NCBI RefSeq assembly: GCF_001194135.2
Contig: NC_068983.1
Coordinates: forward strand, 326,647 to 367,556
DNA: 40,910 bases
Direction of reading: 5' to 3'
DNA from: Octopus bimaculoides
Lineage: Eukaryota
Shown: one piece after another, positions 10,756 to 21,535 of the stretch
Position numbering within the stretch: position 1 is the first letter of the stretch
How the letters are laid out: each line of letters begins with the position of its first letter
Notes under the pieces: model-generated
The model's database searches: none
What the model saw: only the letters and a program-made list of their open reading frames with translations
Told to the model about the DNA's origin: nothing
Translations under genes and position numbers: made by a program

Positions 10756-13170
10756 TCAAACAGCCGTTCCGAACTCGTCTTTGTAGCTGGCAGTAGGGGA
10801 GGACACTGGACTGCTTATATCTCCATTTACCACACTGGACCTACTGTAGAATCGTGGCGGTTTTCTTGGAACCAGGCTCCCAAGACTTCCAACCGAAGAA
10901 TATCGTTTGTTTGTATCTTCTTTTGGTTTAATTTGTGGCGAAGTAAAAGTGACACTGCGCTTTGGACAGCCACCGCTCGATACGGGTGAGACAGCAAAAG
11001 GTAGAACTTTGTTTTTGCTTCCGAATATTGGGTCATAAGAGGAATTATATACAATGTTTGGATTCTGGTTTTTTGAAAACAGATAGTCATTGAGAGGTTC
11101 CTGATTGATCATTATGTTATAGAATTCTTCATTGTCGTTGTTATTGCTTTTATGACGACGATTTGTTACATAGTGAGGTGGACCTGTTTTGAACGATGAA
11201 TAAGAGCCAATAGTATTTCTGGGGAAAGTTGTTAGTGGAACTTCTTTAATGTTGCCTCGCTGCTTGCTTTGGTGAGTTGGTGTATTTTGAGCACTTAATG
11301 TTGATCCTAGCAAAGGTGATGCAGACTCAGAAAATGGATGATCTTTTTGAAGCCAGCAAGACGTGTTATTTGGTTCGAGTTCAGAATGAGTTTCATTGAA
11401 ACGTGTATTAGAAGTATAGAGCTGAGAAACATCTTCAGAATCAACAGGATCGGACTTGAACGACACATAGTTACCATCACTAACTACAGTTTGGTAAAGG
11501 GGGTCCATTTCTCCCATGTCCATTTGGTCTTCATCACAACTCCGGTTTTTTACGTCCGAACGATTTTTCTTTTCAAACAAGTCCTCAATTGTGATCCGCA
11601 GTTTTTCTTGACGTTTGCGTTGGTTTTTTATATGCCTGAAAACTAACAGCAACATCAGAAGAACTATTAATACCAGAGTAATGGCTACGGAACAAATTAT
11701 TGCTGTTTTAGCATTGAAAATAGTTTTTTTCGTCTCCATTTCCAATGGTAATCTGTTTGGGTTTAGCTCTAAATTCACTTTGTAAGTTACCGAGTCTCTT
11801 CCCATGGGATTTCTGGCTAAACATTTATAGAAACCAACATCTTTCTTCTGAAAGTTTTTTATAGTAAGAACCAAATTTTGAATATTTTCTAAATACTCGA
11901 CGATCCTAAAATGATCGTCTTTGCTGTCCCCCCTAATGCGTCTGTCATTATGGAGCCATATCATTTCAGCAGGAGGATCAGAGTATAACCTACATGTTAA
12001 ATTCACATTGGTACCAGCTTGTATCTTTAAAGACGTTCCACTCGAATACATCATGATCTTACAAGCAAATTGATGCTCAGGTACTTTCATGAAATCTTTT
12101 CTGCTATTAATATGAGGCCCAGAACAAATCGGCAAAATTGTATTTGAAGGCCATTTCCTATAACTTCTTTCTACCCAATCTCGTAACCAGCGTAGCTTAC
12201 AATCACACTGCCAAGGATTATTGTATAGATGTAATGTTTCAAGATCCTGTCCGGATTTGTACAAAGCTCTAGAAGACAAACTTTGCAGTATATTATTTTG
12301 AATGCTCAAACTTCGAAGAGAAACGAGAGAGGTCAAAGCGTAGTCGTCTATCACAAACAGTCGGTTTTTGTCCAATTTTACAGTGGAAAGTTCTTTTAGA
12401 GTTGGAAAAGCATGTTGACTAATGTGTTGTATATTATTACCGCTGAGAATCAATGTCTCTAATGCAGGCAAACTCTTTAGAGCTTCCGTTGGAATTGTGG
12501 TCAACATATTACCTTTTAAATCCAAAGCAACCAGATTAACTAATCCAGTAAAGGCATTAATATTGATATCTTCGATTGAATTTTGACGTAATGATAAATT
12601 TCGCAGTTCGTCGTATCTGGCAAAATATATAATGGATTTTATAAGCTTTATCATATTATAATCTAAATTTAGTTCCCATGTCTTCACGTGTAAATCATTT
12701 GGTACGTCTTCCAGGTTCCTCTGGCTGCAATTCACTGAATAAATATCTCTATAGTCCACCTCTGTACGGCAAACTGGCTCTTCTGATGAACTTGATGATA
12801 ACATTGGCAAGCTATACAGAAGCAGTAGAAAAATAGAAATTCTGAAGATTTTCAGACACTGTGGAGAATTTCTGTTTAAGTGAGTGTAAAGTTTTGGAGA
12901 AATATCTTTCTTTAATAATTTCGATGACCAAGTAAAGGGATATTCTGTGTGAAAGCAGGAGAAAGATGTTCCTACACGAATATAACGAAATGAAGTGTTT
13001 TCTTCATCAAAGTCTAAAGAATTTGTCTCTTCCGTCTCTTCTAAAATTCTTTCAAGTTTTTTCTTTCTTTTCTTTTTTCTGTAAATTTCTGTTTTTCCTT
13101 TATGTTGTGTGACAAGAAACTGGAAAATTTCCAAGCATTGTTGGTACCAAGGATATCCAAGATGTGCCAT
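10756..13170 (-). CDS. Single-pass LRR + Ig transmembrane receptor (LIG superfamily), Kekkon-like; 804 aa
   Basis: Uninterrupted ORF: hydrophobic signal-like segment aa ~106-125, LRRNT (aa 134-160), 7 LRRs (e.g. LRNLSLRQNSIEDI, LETLILSGNNIQHI), LRRCT NPWQCDCKLRWL..CSGP..FAC, Ig domain (C393, W405, DVGFYKCLARN), TM aa 490-511, ~290-aa tail ending YKDEFGTAV. ATG context is AAGATGG. Domain architecture is secure; Kekkon orthology is inference. Confidence 0.95.
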   Translation of the reverse strand: MAHLGYPWYQQCLEIFQFLVTQHKGKTEIYRKKKRKKKLERILEETEETNSLDFDEENTSFRYIRVGTSFSCFHTEYPFTWSSKLLKKDISPKLYTHLNRNSPQCLKIFRISIFLLLLYSLPMLSSSSSEEPVCRTEVDYRDIYSVNCSQRNLEDVPNDLHVKTWELNLDYNMIKLIKSIIYFARYDELRNLSLRQNSIEDININAFTGLVNLVALDLKGNMLTTIPTEALKSLPALETLILSGNNIQHISQHAFPTLKELSTVKLDKNRLFVIDDYALTSLVSLRSLSIQNNILQSLSSRALYKSGQDLETLHLYNNPWQCDCKLRWLRDWVERSYRKWPSNTILPICSGPHINSRKDFMKVPEHQFACKIMMYSSGTSLKIQAGTNVNLTCRLYSDPPAEMIWLHNDRRIRGDSKDDHFRIVEYLENIQNLVLTIKNFQKKDVGFYKCLARNPMGRDSVTYKVNLELNPNRLPLEMETKKTIFNAKTAIICSVAITLVLIVLLMLLLVFRHIKNQRKRQEKLRITIEDLFEKKNRSDVKNRSCDEDQMDMGEMDPLYQTVVSDGNYVSFKSDPVDSEDVSQLYTSNTRFNETHSELEPNNTSCWLQKDHPFSESASPLLGSTLSAQNTPTHQSKQRGNIKEVPLTTFPRNTIGSYSSFKTGPPHYVTNRRHKSNNNDNEEFYNIMINQEPLNDYLFSKNQNPNIVYNSSYDPIFGSKNKVLPFAVSPVSSGGCPKRSVTFTSPQIKPKEDTNKRYSSVGSLGSLVPRKPPRFYSRSSVVNGDISSPVSSPTASYKDEFGTAV

Positions 13171-13188
13171 CTTTCCCCAATTTTCTTC

Positions 13189-13235
13189 CTGGAAAATAAA
13201 AAGGAAAAAAATTAAAAAAACAAAAGCAAAACATG
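13189..13235 (-). promoter_or_regulatory. 3' splice acceptor 18 nt upstream of the ATG
   Basis: Minus strand reads TTTTGCTTTTGTTTTTTTAATTTTTTTCCTTTTTATTTTCCAG|GAAGAAAATTGGGGAAAG-ATG. The exon would start at 13188, in frame with the ATG. Confidence 0.8.
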
Positions 13236-13619
13236 ACCCTTTAATTTATACAAAGGTTAATAGTTTCAAATAAAGAACAAAATATTTTACAAATATAATT
13301 TTTAACTACGGCTTCAGTATTATTTCATACATTCTAAATGTTTTCATGTTTTCTGTAACGATTGACCACTCATTTAAATATGGAATTCCTTTTAGAAATG
13401 AGTTTGATAATTATTTTATCGCAATGTTTAGAAATACTGTGGTATCTAGCTGGCCTGAAAGCTTTCCATAATCACCCACCGACCACGCAATATCTTTATT
13501 TTCTTAAACCTTTAACTTGTTATTGGCGAAACAATACAGATCACAGACAACATAATGATTCGGTGGTGAACCAGGGATCTTCTACGAAACATTTCGATTA
13601 CATTTTGATAACAGTAATC

Positions 13620-13656
<37 letters not shown>
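13620..13656 (+). repeat. (TA)n microsatellite
   Basis: Direct reading. Confidence 0.95.
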
Positions 13657-13658
<2 letters not shown>

Positions 13659-13767
13659 CGATTATATTAATTATGAATACAAATATGTAAATAAAATGTA
13701 AATATGCAGCATCAGTTTTGAAGAGGATGTATTATTTGCTGTGTGAAATTATAAGACAGTCAGTCCA

Positions 13768-13835
13768 TAGTGGTCCCCTACTCTTTTTGTATCATGGATC
13801 GTTTTCGTGCCCGACAATTTTTCCATAAACCGGGA
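13768..13835 (+). mobile_element. hAT/Charlie-like transposon terminus remnant
   Basis: TAGTGGTCCCCTACTCTTTTTG..GGATCGTTTTCGTG..GACAATTTTTCCAT resembles recalled Charlie/MER1-type ends (CAGCGGTCCCCAACCTTTTTG..GACCGGTTTCGTGGAAGACAATTTTTCCA). Confidence 0.5.
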
Positions 13836-14361
13836 AATCACACGCATAAGTTTACAAATCAAGTGCCTAATAATCTAATTTACTTATTACAGATATAATA
13901 CATAGATTTTGCATGTATAATACATGCAATACAAATTGCCAAAACATCCTGCAGATTGGCCGGGGTCCTTTGCATTTAAAGATAAATATTTCGATTCTAA
14001 ATTCTATCGAGTAAGTCAGGCAATAATTCTTATTTATTGGAATAATTTTGGTATCCACCCTGAAAATGTCCACGGAACACCAAACTTGGAAACTTATTAA
14101 GTGGCCAGAGGGATTATTTCGACCGATTGAAAGGTGATACAAATTGAGTGGGCAGTAGTATGACTTGCTGGCATCGGTTGAGAGGTAGCATCGATTGTAT
14201 CGATTGATTGAGAAGTGGTGTTGCTGAACTGACAGCATAGAAATATAGCAGGGATTGATTCCAAGGTGATAGAGATATCGCATAAAAGGAAAGTAAAAAT
14301 AGCAATCGAGAAAACCGTCATCTTTACACCTCTGCAGCTTTAAAATAGTGGACGGGCTTTT

Positions 14362-14420
14362 AAAATTCTTTTACTTGTTTCAGTCATGAAGCTGCGGCCA
14401 TGCTGGAGCATTGCCTTAGA
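14362..14420 (-). mobile_element. SINE 3' end
   Basis: TTTTACTTGTTTCAGTCATGAAGCTGCGGCCATGCTGGAGCATTGCCTT matches the recalled reverse complement of the 3' end of an abundant octopus SINE. Confidence 0.7.
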
Positions 14421-16221
14421 ATGTGAAATGCTTGCAGTTGAAGGAAGAACACAGACTGGATTTTGAGAAGGTCATGGCCCCCAAACAAGTATGAAATATC
14501 TGAATTTGGAACGCTGAAGCGAGTGTTGGCTCAGTTGCGATCTTTGACTGCGATGCTGTATTTAATTAGTAGAAACTCCCAAAGATCTATTTAGTCCTCA
14601 ATTGTTACGAGTCCATTACTTCTCCTTTCATTGAAACATAAAAATGGTGAAAACAATGAAGAATACTTTAGACTCTTCCACGACAATGGCTCTGTATATA
14701 TCTATTGAACAACAGAAACAGAATTAGCAGATGGTTTTATAATACTTCTATAGTTGTCATGAAATAAGAAATATAAATCGACTATTATAGTTATTTTTTT
14801 CAAACTTAATGTAACATAAATCAATGACTGAACATTGATAAAGAACACGTTAATGGTGTTGTTGAGTTCGATTGAAAGAAAGAGAGATTATAGAAAGTTA
14901 CGATTAAATAGAAAAATAAATACACACTTTTCAATTGTTTAAAAATATATTTATCTTGTTCCCAGATTCTAAAAAGAAAATCATTTTGAAATCTGACTGC
15001 TTTTTCAGTAAGACATCAGCAGGTTTCATATAAATTGAGGATATATTTTGCCAATATATATTTAGATGAAATAAATCGAGATATTGATAGATATTGACTT
15101 GAAAGTTATTAGTTTGAAATAAATATTTGCTGGAAATAAAGAAAAATCATAAATATTCCTTGTAAGTTGAGTCGATTCCTAGAATTCTCTTTAAAAGATT
15201 TAACGGGATTTTATTTTATTTGTTTCAATGTTTTTAACAGCCATAGTCGTTAATCTCCGTCTTCTGCCTAATATGTATTGTTCTGTATTTATCTTCTCCA
15301 GAAAAATCATTAGCAATGCTCAATTCTTCTTTACTATCACGGTTTGTTAGGTTAACCTTTAAGAAACCTCATACTTCTTATAGTCTTCGATCAAATGCTC
15401 GGTCATTTCTTAACCCTTTTTCAACCGACTTTGTTCTTCTGTTTGTACAATCACCATAATATCCTTTACTTGTTTCAAACTGTAAAATCATTTCCTGTCA
15501 AAACTATTAACTTCCGGTCTCTCATCATTGACTCAAGCTTCTCAGTCATAAAACTTCTCTGAATCTTTATGTTCTCTTCAGTGAAATAAGCTACTGATTC
15601 CCAACAGCACTGCTCTCTTCCCAACCTTGCATCCTTTTATTTACCCATTGCTTATGGAAAACGTATTCTCCTGCGAAGTTACGTTCTCAGAACCTTTACG
15701 CAGCAGTATAATTTTGATCGGAAAAGATTCCCGGTAATTATAGATAAATGTTAGAAACGGAAATTGAAGCCACAAAATATACAATCCTCTCTTTTTCTTG
15801 CAAGGAAACAGAGTAAATCCCTATTTATTGGATTACGGTGACCTGAAAATATGGTCGACTTCTGTTTATTATTTCTTGCTTAAACAAAATTTCAGAACGA
15901 TTTGGGCATCTAGAAAAGTATAAAAATATAACATTGCTGAGTAAAAAAAAAATTAAAAAACAGATCGTTTACAGCAATTGCTTACAGAATTCCTTGACAG
16001 TTTCAGGGTCCGTTAGTCGTTATCCCCCACCAATATTTTTAATGACAAATAATCAACAAATAGCATTCAGTCTATTCGTTGAAGTTAGGATGAAGAACTT
16101 CCGTCTCTGCTTTAGATCGGAATCGTCTTCGAGGATTCATGAATAACTTATTTTTGATAGTCAAGCTTTGTTGACAAATATTCTCCATGTTTATCAAAGC
16201 GATATTTCCCCGTTTAATATC

Positions 16222-16420
16222 GATTTATAACTTTGGTACAAGGTCAGCAGATTTTCCTGAGTGGTCTCTCCCTCAATTTATCTGATTGGTACCTTATTTT
16301 ATTGACCAGCGAATGATGAAAGGTAAAGTCGACCTAAGCAGGATTTGAACTCAGAATATAAAGTTTGCTAACTAAATATTGCAAGATTATAGGTTAGGTG
16401 CTTTTCTGATTCTACCCATG
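16222..16420 (-). mobile_element. tRNA-derived SINE
   Basis: Reverse complement: TTCTGAGTTCAAATCCTGCTTAGGTCGACTTTACCTTTCATCATTCGCTGGTCAATAAAATAAGGTACCA..GCTGACCTTGTACCAAAG, collinear with the 18551 copy. Confidence 0.85.
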
Positions 16421-17239
16421 CTGTTGTTCTATCACCCCTACCAGTCACCCACCTTCATCATGTTGCACTGATTCCACCACTTAATCCACCGATATTATAC
16501 CCATCCATAGTTCTGTTCTTATAAAATTTAGAGAAATCAACTTCAGAGATATTTAATTGGTGAGTATTAAACAAGAGACGAAGGGTTTAGAACATCAGTC
16601 ATCTGGTTAAGCGCTCAAATAGTCTGAAATATATTCGCAAGTATTTTACTTTTCAGCCGACATTCATTGCATAACGTAAGACTTTACACTCCGCTCTCCT
16701 ATAATAAGATAAAATTTTGTCATGTCATGAAGAATAAATTCCATTGGGAAAGAGTCATTTTGGCCATTCTTATATTCTCTTTTCATTTAGTTTGTGAATG
16801 TCTTATCGAAACTCCAAGCCTCTGGGCTCCACCCTCCACTCCCCTCTCATCACTTTGGATTCATAACTTCTTATCAGATTGCACTACTACTGCAGGGACT
16901 GACAGAGCTATTTCAACCGTTCAAACAAATTCGATGTGTCACAAGATAAACTTTTATCTTTCTGTACATCAATGACTTATTTACCCCCTCTTCTAACAAC
17001 ACCTACCCCCCACTAAACTGATAAAGTCTTTCATTCTTCCTTAATATTCTTCAACCAAGCATTCTTCGCTCGTCGCCTGGACACAGCACTCCAATCACAC
17101 ACTGACTCCATGAACAGAAATATCGAAAGCGGCCTCCATTGACGCTTTGCTAATATTCTCTTTCAACGACAAGAAACTTCGTTATTCCTTTAAAAAAAAA
17201 AAAGAACCATCTATCCACATCCTTTAATGATGAAGAGCA

Positions 17240-18200
17240 GAACTAAAACTCAGCCCTCAAAAATCACTCCAAAAGTTGGATCTTACTATCACTGACAATA
17301 TCTCCAGGCGAACGGACATCCTTATCATACCAATACCACGTGAGTGGAATTTGATAAGCAAAAACTGTGCAGAATCCCATTGTACACACACTCTCATACA
17401 CGTACATACACATATAATGCATATACACAGAGACACACATGCATAAGGGGAAGGGTGTGAACATTGACTGGAAAATTGAAAAACCTGTCCTCTTCAATGA
17501 AAGTTCTTTGCGATATTTGTTTTGAAGCAAGTTCCAGATACTTCTTTGCCTTTCTCGACACCAGAAAAAACAATTATTGACCTCATGTAGATAACGTGCT
17601 ATTGTTTATTAGTTAGGTTATAGAATAAAAATGTTTTATCATAAAATTACTTTTACTGGCGAATTTTTCCCTCCCCATCTCATGTCTCCCTCACAATCAT
17701 CACAGCTCTTTCAACTCAGCTCCGTAACATATTATGTTTTTAATTTCTACATTGTAGAGTTGTTCATTTTCTCCGTTCAACCCTAATTTATTTGTCTACA
17801 AGGAAATCAGCCTTGTTCCATGTCATTGAACAAATATTTTTTGCTTCATGAATCAGGATATTATTATACTTATTTGGTAAAGATGCAAGTCTTTTCTAAT
17901 TTAATCTCATAGCTTTCTCGTAATCTCAACGTAAAGAGAATCAAAAATGCTGTTGTGACAGTGATTCCCTTCTACAGGCACAACAAAGGAGTTCTGTCCA
18001 TGAAGCCAGTTAAGCAGGGACGAAAAGCCTGTTTTGAATACAGAGGCCCAGAGTTGTGTAAGGCATCGAATGTTTGTGTCACAATAAATACAAGACAGAC
18101 CTTTTGTTTCGTGGTAGGCTTGAGATACTGCCCGGTTTAAAATCATTTCCAGATTCTTGCATTGTTTTGGTGAATTCACTTTCTTTCAAGCATTTTGTTC
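17240..18200 (-). mobile_element. Very decayed LINE reverse-transcriptase remnant
   Basis: Frameshifted motifs in the expected order on the minus strand: SKQAFRP (~18030), DYEKA (~17915), G-VL-LLFII (~17250). Confidence 0.3.
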
Positions 18201-18550
18201 AAATACCCTGTTCGACAAAAACAGTCTCGTACAAAACTACTTTTAGTTGTAACTTTCCATTGAGGATACTACGTGGGCCATGCTGCAGAAGGTTACCCTG
18301 TCTGATGACTCATAATTCAGTATCAGCCCCTCCCCCAGTTCTTACTAGTGACTCTCGCCAGGGATTATAAAATCCTCAACCTGAAGCAACTAAAATCCTG
18401 TTAGGAAGGTCACATGTAGCGGTTTGTAGTAACCTTGGTCTCTTCTCACCATTTCTTCACCAAACAAACTCTTAAAGAACAGAAAACTATCCGATGGCTA
18501 AATTTTATTTTCTCTTCAAGACACACTTTTCGCTACCATTATTCCTAATG

Positions 18551-18748
18551 TAAGGACGGACGCAAAATGCTGAGAAGCATTTCGTCCGCCCTTACGTTCT
18601 GAGTTCAAATTCCGCCGAGGTTGACTTCGCCTTTCATCCTTTCGGGGTCGATAAAATAAGTACCAGTTAAGTACTGGGGTTGATGTAATTGACTAGCCCC
18701 TCCTCTCAAATTTCAGGCCTTGTGCCTAGAGTATAGAGAGGATTATTT
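18551..18748 (+). mobile_element. tRNA-derived cephalopod SINE, best-preserved copy (5' head partly deleted)
   Basis: B-box GAGTTCAAATTCC, core GCCTTTCATCCTTTCGGGGTCGATAAAATAAGTACCAG (resembles the Nin/Deu-type central domain), tail GGCCTTGTGCCTAG. Several related copies occur in the window. Confidence 0.9.
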
Positions 18749-19299
18749 CTACTTTTTCTTTGTTATTTTGGCTACATACTGTGCTCAAATTTATTTCCGA
18801 AATTCCGTGTCTTTTGCCCTCACATGGAATCTACCTGTGTCTCCAGAGATTGATTGCAATAAAGATTTCCAATTAAAAGTCTCTTTCATCCATTCCTAAA
18901 ACTTCATCCCTACTAACTACCAGCACCTGACCAACTACCAGCATCCGATAGATTACCAACATTAGTACGATTACCTCTCGATCTGTTTTAGGACATCTAT
19001 TTCACCTTTTTTTTAATGAAGTCATTAAAAAAAGGTGAATCAAGACCCAAACTCCTTTCGGTTCTCTTTCATTGATCCTTCAACACTGATGCCATTGAAA
19101 CCGAAATATTTACTCCTTAAATTCTGGTTGTCATGGAGACTGACGGATACAGTCTTCATGCCCTTGATATCAGCAACACCTTTGGCCGTATCTGACCTGA
19201 CATATTCGCTGTTACTTCCAACCGAACTCATTTCCGACCACAAAGTATCATCTATTATCGTATATTATCATATAGCAGCCTCTCTGGTTTCTATGTTTA

Positions 19300-20204
19300 C
19301 GAGGTGGTCTCAAAGACTTCCCGGAATAGTTATGTGTTTAATAAAAAATTACTTTTTTACCTAATTTTTGACATCATCTCCTTCGAAATAGTTACCTTGC
19401 GCAGCAAATACATCGGTCTCAGCGTTCCCGCCACTTTTGGAATTCGGCCTGGAAGTCGTGTCCGTAAGCGAGTCGAGGGACCTTCAGCGATTCTCTCGTG
19501 ATCGTGATAACAATGTTGAAGCAGCGACCTTTGAACTGCATGTTCCTCTTGGGGAAGAGATGGATATCCGCAGGTGAAGAATCTGGCGAATAAGGCGGGT
19601 GTAGAAGCAATACCATGTTAATTGATGAGGAACTCACGAGGGAGAAAAACTCGGTAACAGGGTTCGTTGTCGTCGTGAAGAATGCAGACGTTAGGATTGC
19701 CTGCTGCACGGACTCATACAACAGATCAACAGCATCAACGATGTCGTTGATTGTCCCCCGACGATTCTCATGCAGAAGTTGATGAATTTTCTGCACATTT
19801 TCGGAGGTGGCACTCGTGGAAGGTCTTCCAGACGGCTCATCGTATTTCAGGGACGTTCTTCCGCTTTTGAAGCACTGGAAACAGTACATACGACCCATTG
19901 CCTCGTTGCCGTAAGTTCGCCCGAAGCATGCTCAACGTTTCTGTAGTAGGCTTCCCAAGTTTAATGTAAAATTTCGCGTTCGCTGTTTTTTCCAACTTGC
20001 AGTTCACGACAAGAAATCGCTGACCACAGCATTCACGTGATCAGAAAAACACAAATGTTTCACAACTTGCGAAGTAAGCACAGCGATGTCACTCGGCACA
20101 TTGTCTCATGAGGTCACTGCTAGCTTTCACTGCGCACGCAATTGTGTGGTGCCATCTGCTGGCGCACTACAGAACTAGTCCGGGAACGTTTTGATACCAC
20201 CTCG
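19300..20204 (-). mobile_element. Internally deleted mariner transposon (905 bp) with both TIRs and TA target duplication
   Basis: Left end TA-CGAGGTGGTCTCAAAGACTTCCCGGAATAG; right end CTAGTCCGGGAACGTTTTGATACCACCTCG-TA. ORF 19419-19898 has FKSGRTSL..GRPSTS (HTH linker) and HPPYSPDSSPAD..LFPK. The first catalytic Asp region is deleted near 19685. Confidence 0.95.
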
Positions 20205-21339
20205 TAAATGGCCCATAACCTTTAGTATTGATTTCTTACACTTTCTCAATGAAACACTCTAAGCTTTTTTGTAGGAATAAGAAGAATAATCTCATTATGA
20301 ATATTTTTAAAGTTAAAGTTTAGTCATGTAAAGATAAATAAATATAAAACGCCGGCTAAAAAAAAATAGTTGCAGAAGATATATTTTTGATATTATATAT
20401 AATGAATATACATTGTATGTTAACATTGAATTTCTTGAAAAACTAGAGAAGACCAAGAGAAACAAAACGTTTCAATAAATGAAAATATAATTATTGATCG
20501 TTTTCCTTACAATTCCCGTTCACCTGATCAACAACCAATGAAGTATCACATTTTATTGTAAACTCCACTCTATCAAGAAAATTAGCTGGAAATTCTTGTC
20601 TATAAATTAAAAAAACAAAAACAAGCAATGGTAGAGTAATCTATATACCGAACAATATGGTTGTATTGGGTGTATAAACAATTATGGATTGTTAGTGGCG
20701 GTAGGAATATAGTGCTACTAGTAAACGTGAATTTACTAGAACAAACGACCTACCTCATCCAGCTCATCAGAGGTAAAATAGAAAGACACATAATCATTTT
20801 CAGAGCTTTCTTTAGAAAAGAAATTACCCTCAGACGGGAAACTTGGTCCAAATGCTTGTAAGAGTAAGGACTCTGCTGCTAAAAACAGCCAAGGACCTGG
20901 TGTTGATGTTTTAAAAAAAAACCGATAATTAATTCCGCCTTGTTCAACATGCATAGCCTTGTCTACCGTATTTCACACGAAAAGCTTTGGTTTAATGCTA
21001 TTAGGTTTGCCTAAGATGCCAATGTGGGCGTGTAGATATTCAGAATATAAATGAAATATAAATCAACATCATTAAACAGAGATTAAGCGCTTTCCTTGTT
21101 TAGAAGCAGCTTAAATGGTAGACAAATCATCGATATTAAATGATGTAATTTTGCGACAATTGTCAACTTCTTCAGACAGAAAGTTTGTTAACAAAATACT
21201 ATTGTTAATTAATTTAAAGCATTAACTAATTAGTATTTATCATTGCTGCAGCCATAGACACATTGTTTCAAGATGTCCGTTTTGCTTTGGTGTGATGTCG
21301 TCTGTGGAACAAATGAAAATATTCTTGATAATGTTCTCA

Positions 21340-21368
21340 ACCTACCTACTTTCTTACCTAGCTGGCTA

Positions 21369-21403
<35 letters not shown>

Positions 21404-21535
21404 ACCTACCTACCTTCCTTCCTTCCTTCCTTCCTTCCTTCCTTCCTACTTGCTTGTCTGTCTGTCTATCTGTCTGTCTGTCTATCTGTCTGTCTGTCTA
21501 TCTGTCTGTCTGTCTATCTGTCTGTTTGTCTATCT
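21340..21535 (+). repeat. Compound tetranucleotide microsatellite (CCTA/CCTG/CCTT/TCTG/TCTA)
   Basis: Direct reading. Confidence 0.95.

Noticed and set aside
10827-11646. Short ORFs overlapping the receptor CDS in other frames or strand
   Set aside because: Shadow ORFs of a genuine coding region.
13867-14321. 138-aa and shorter minus-strand ORFs upstream of the receptor as possible upstream coding exons
   Set aside because: No recognisable domain and no convincing donor site linking them to the 13188 acceptor.
18590-18615. B-box GAGTTCAAATTCC suggesting a tRNA gene
   Set aside because: Part of a tRNA-derived SINE; no cloverleaf and the A-box region is deleted.
20640-21330. Non-microsatellite stretch with Cys motifs (CPFC) hinting at a LINE C-terminus
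   Set aside because: I could not assemble consistent motifs by eye; it needs a TBLASTN/RepeatMasker search.
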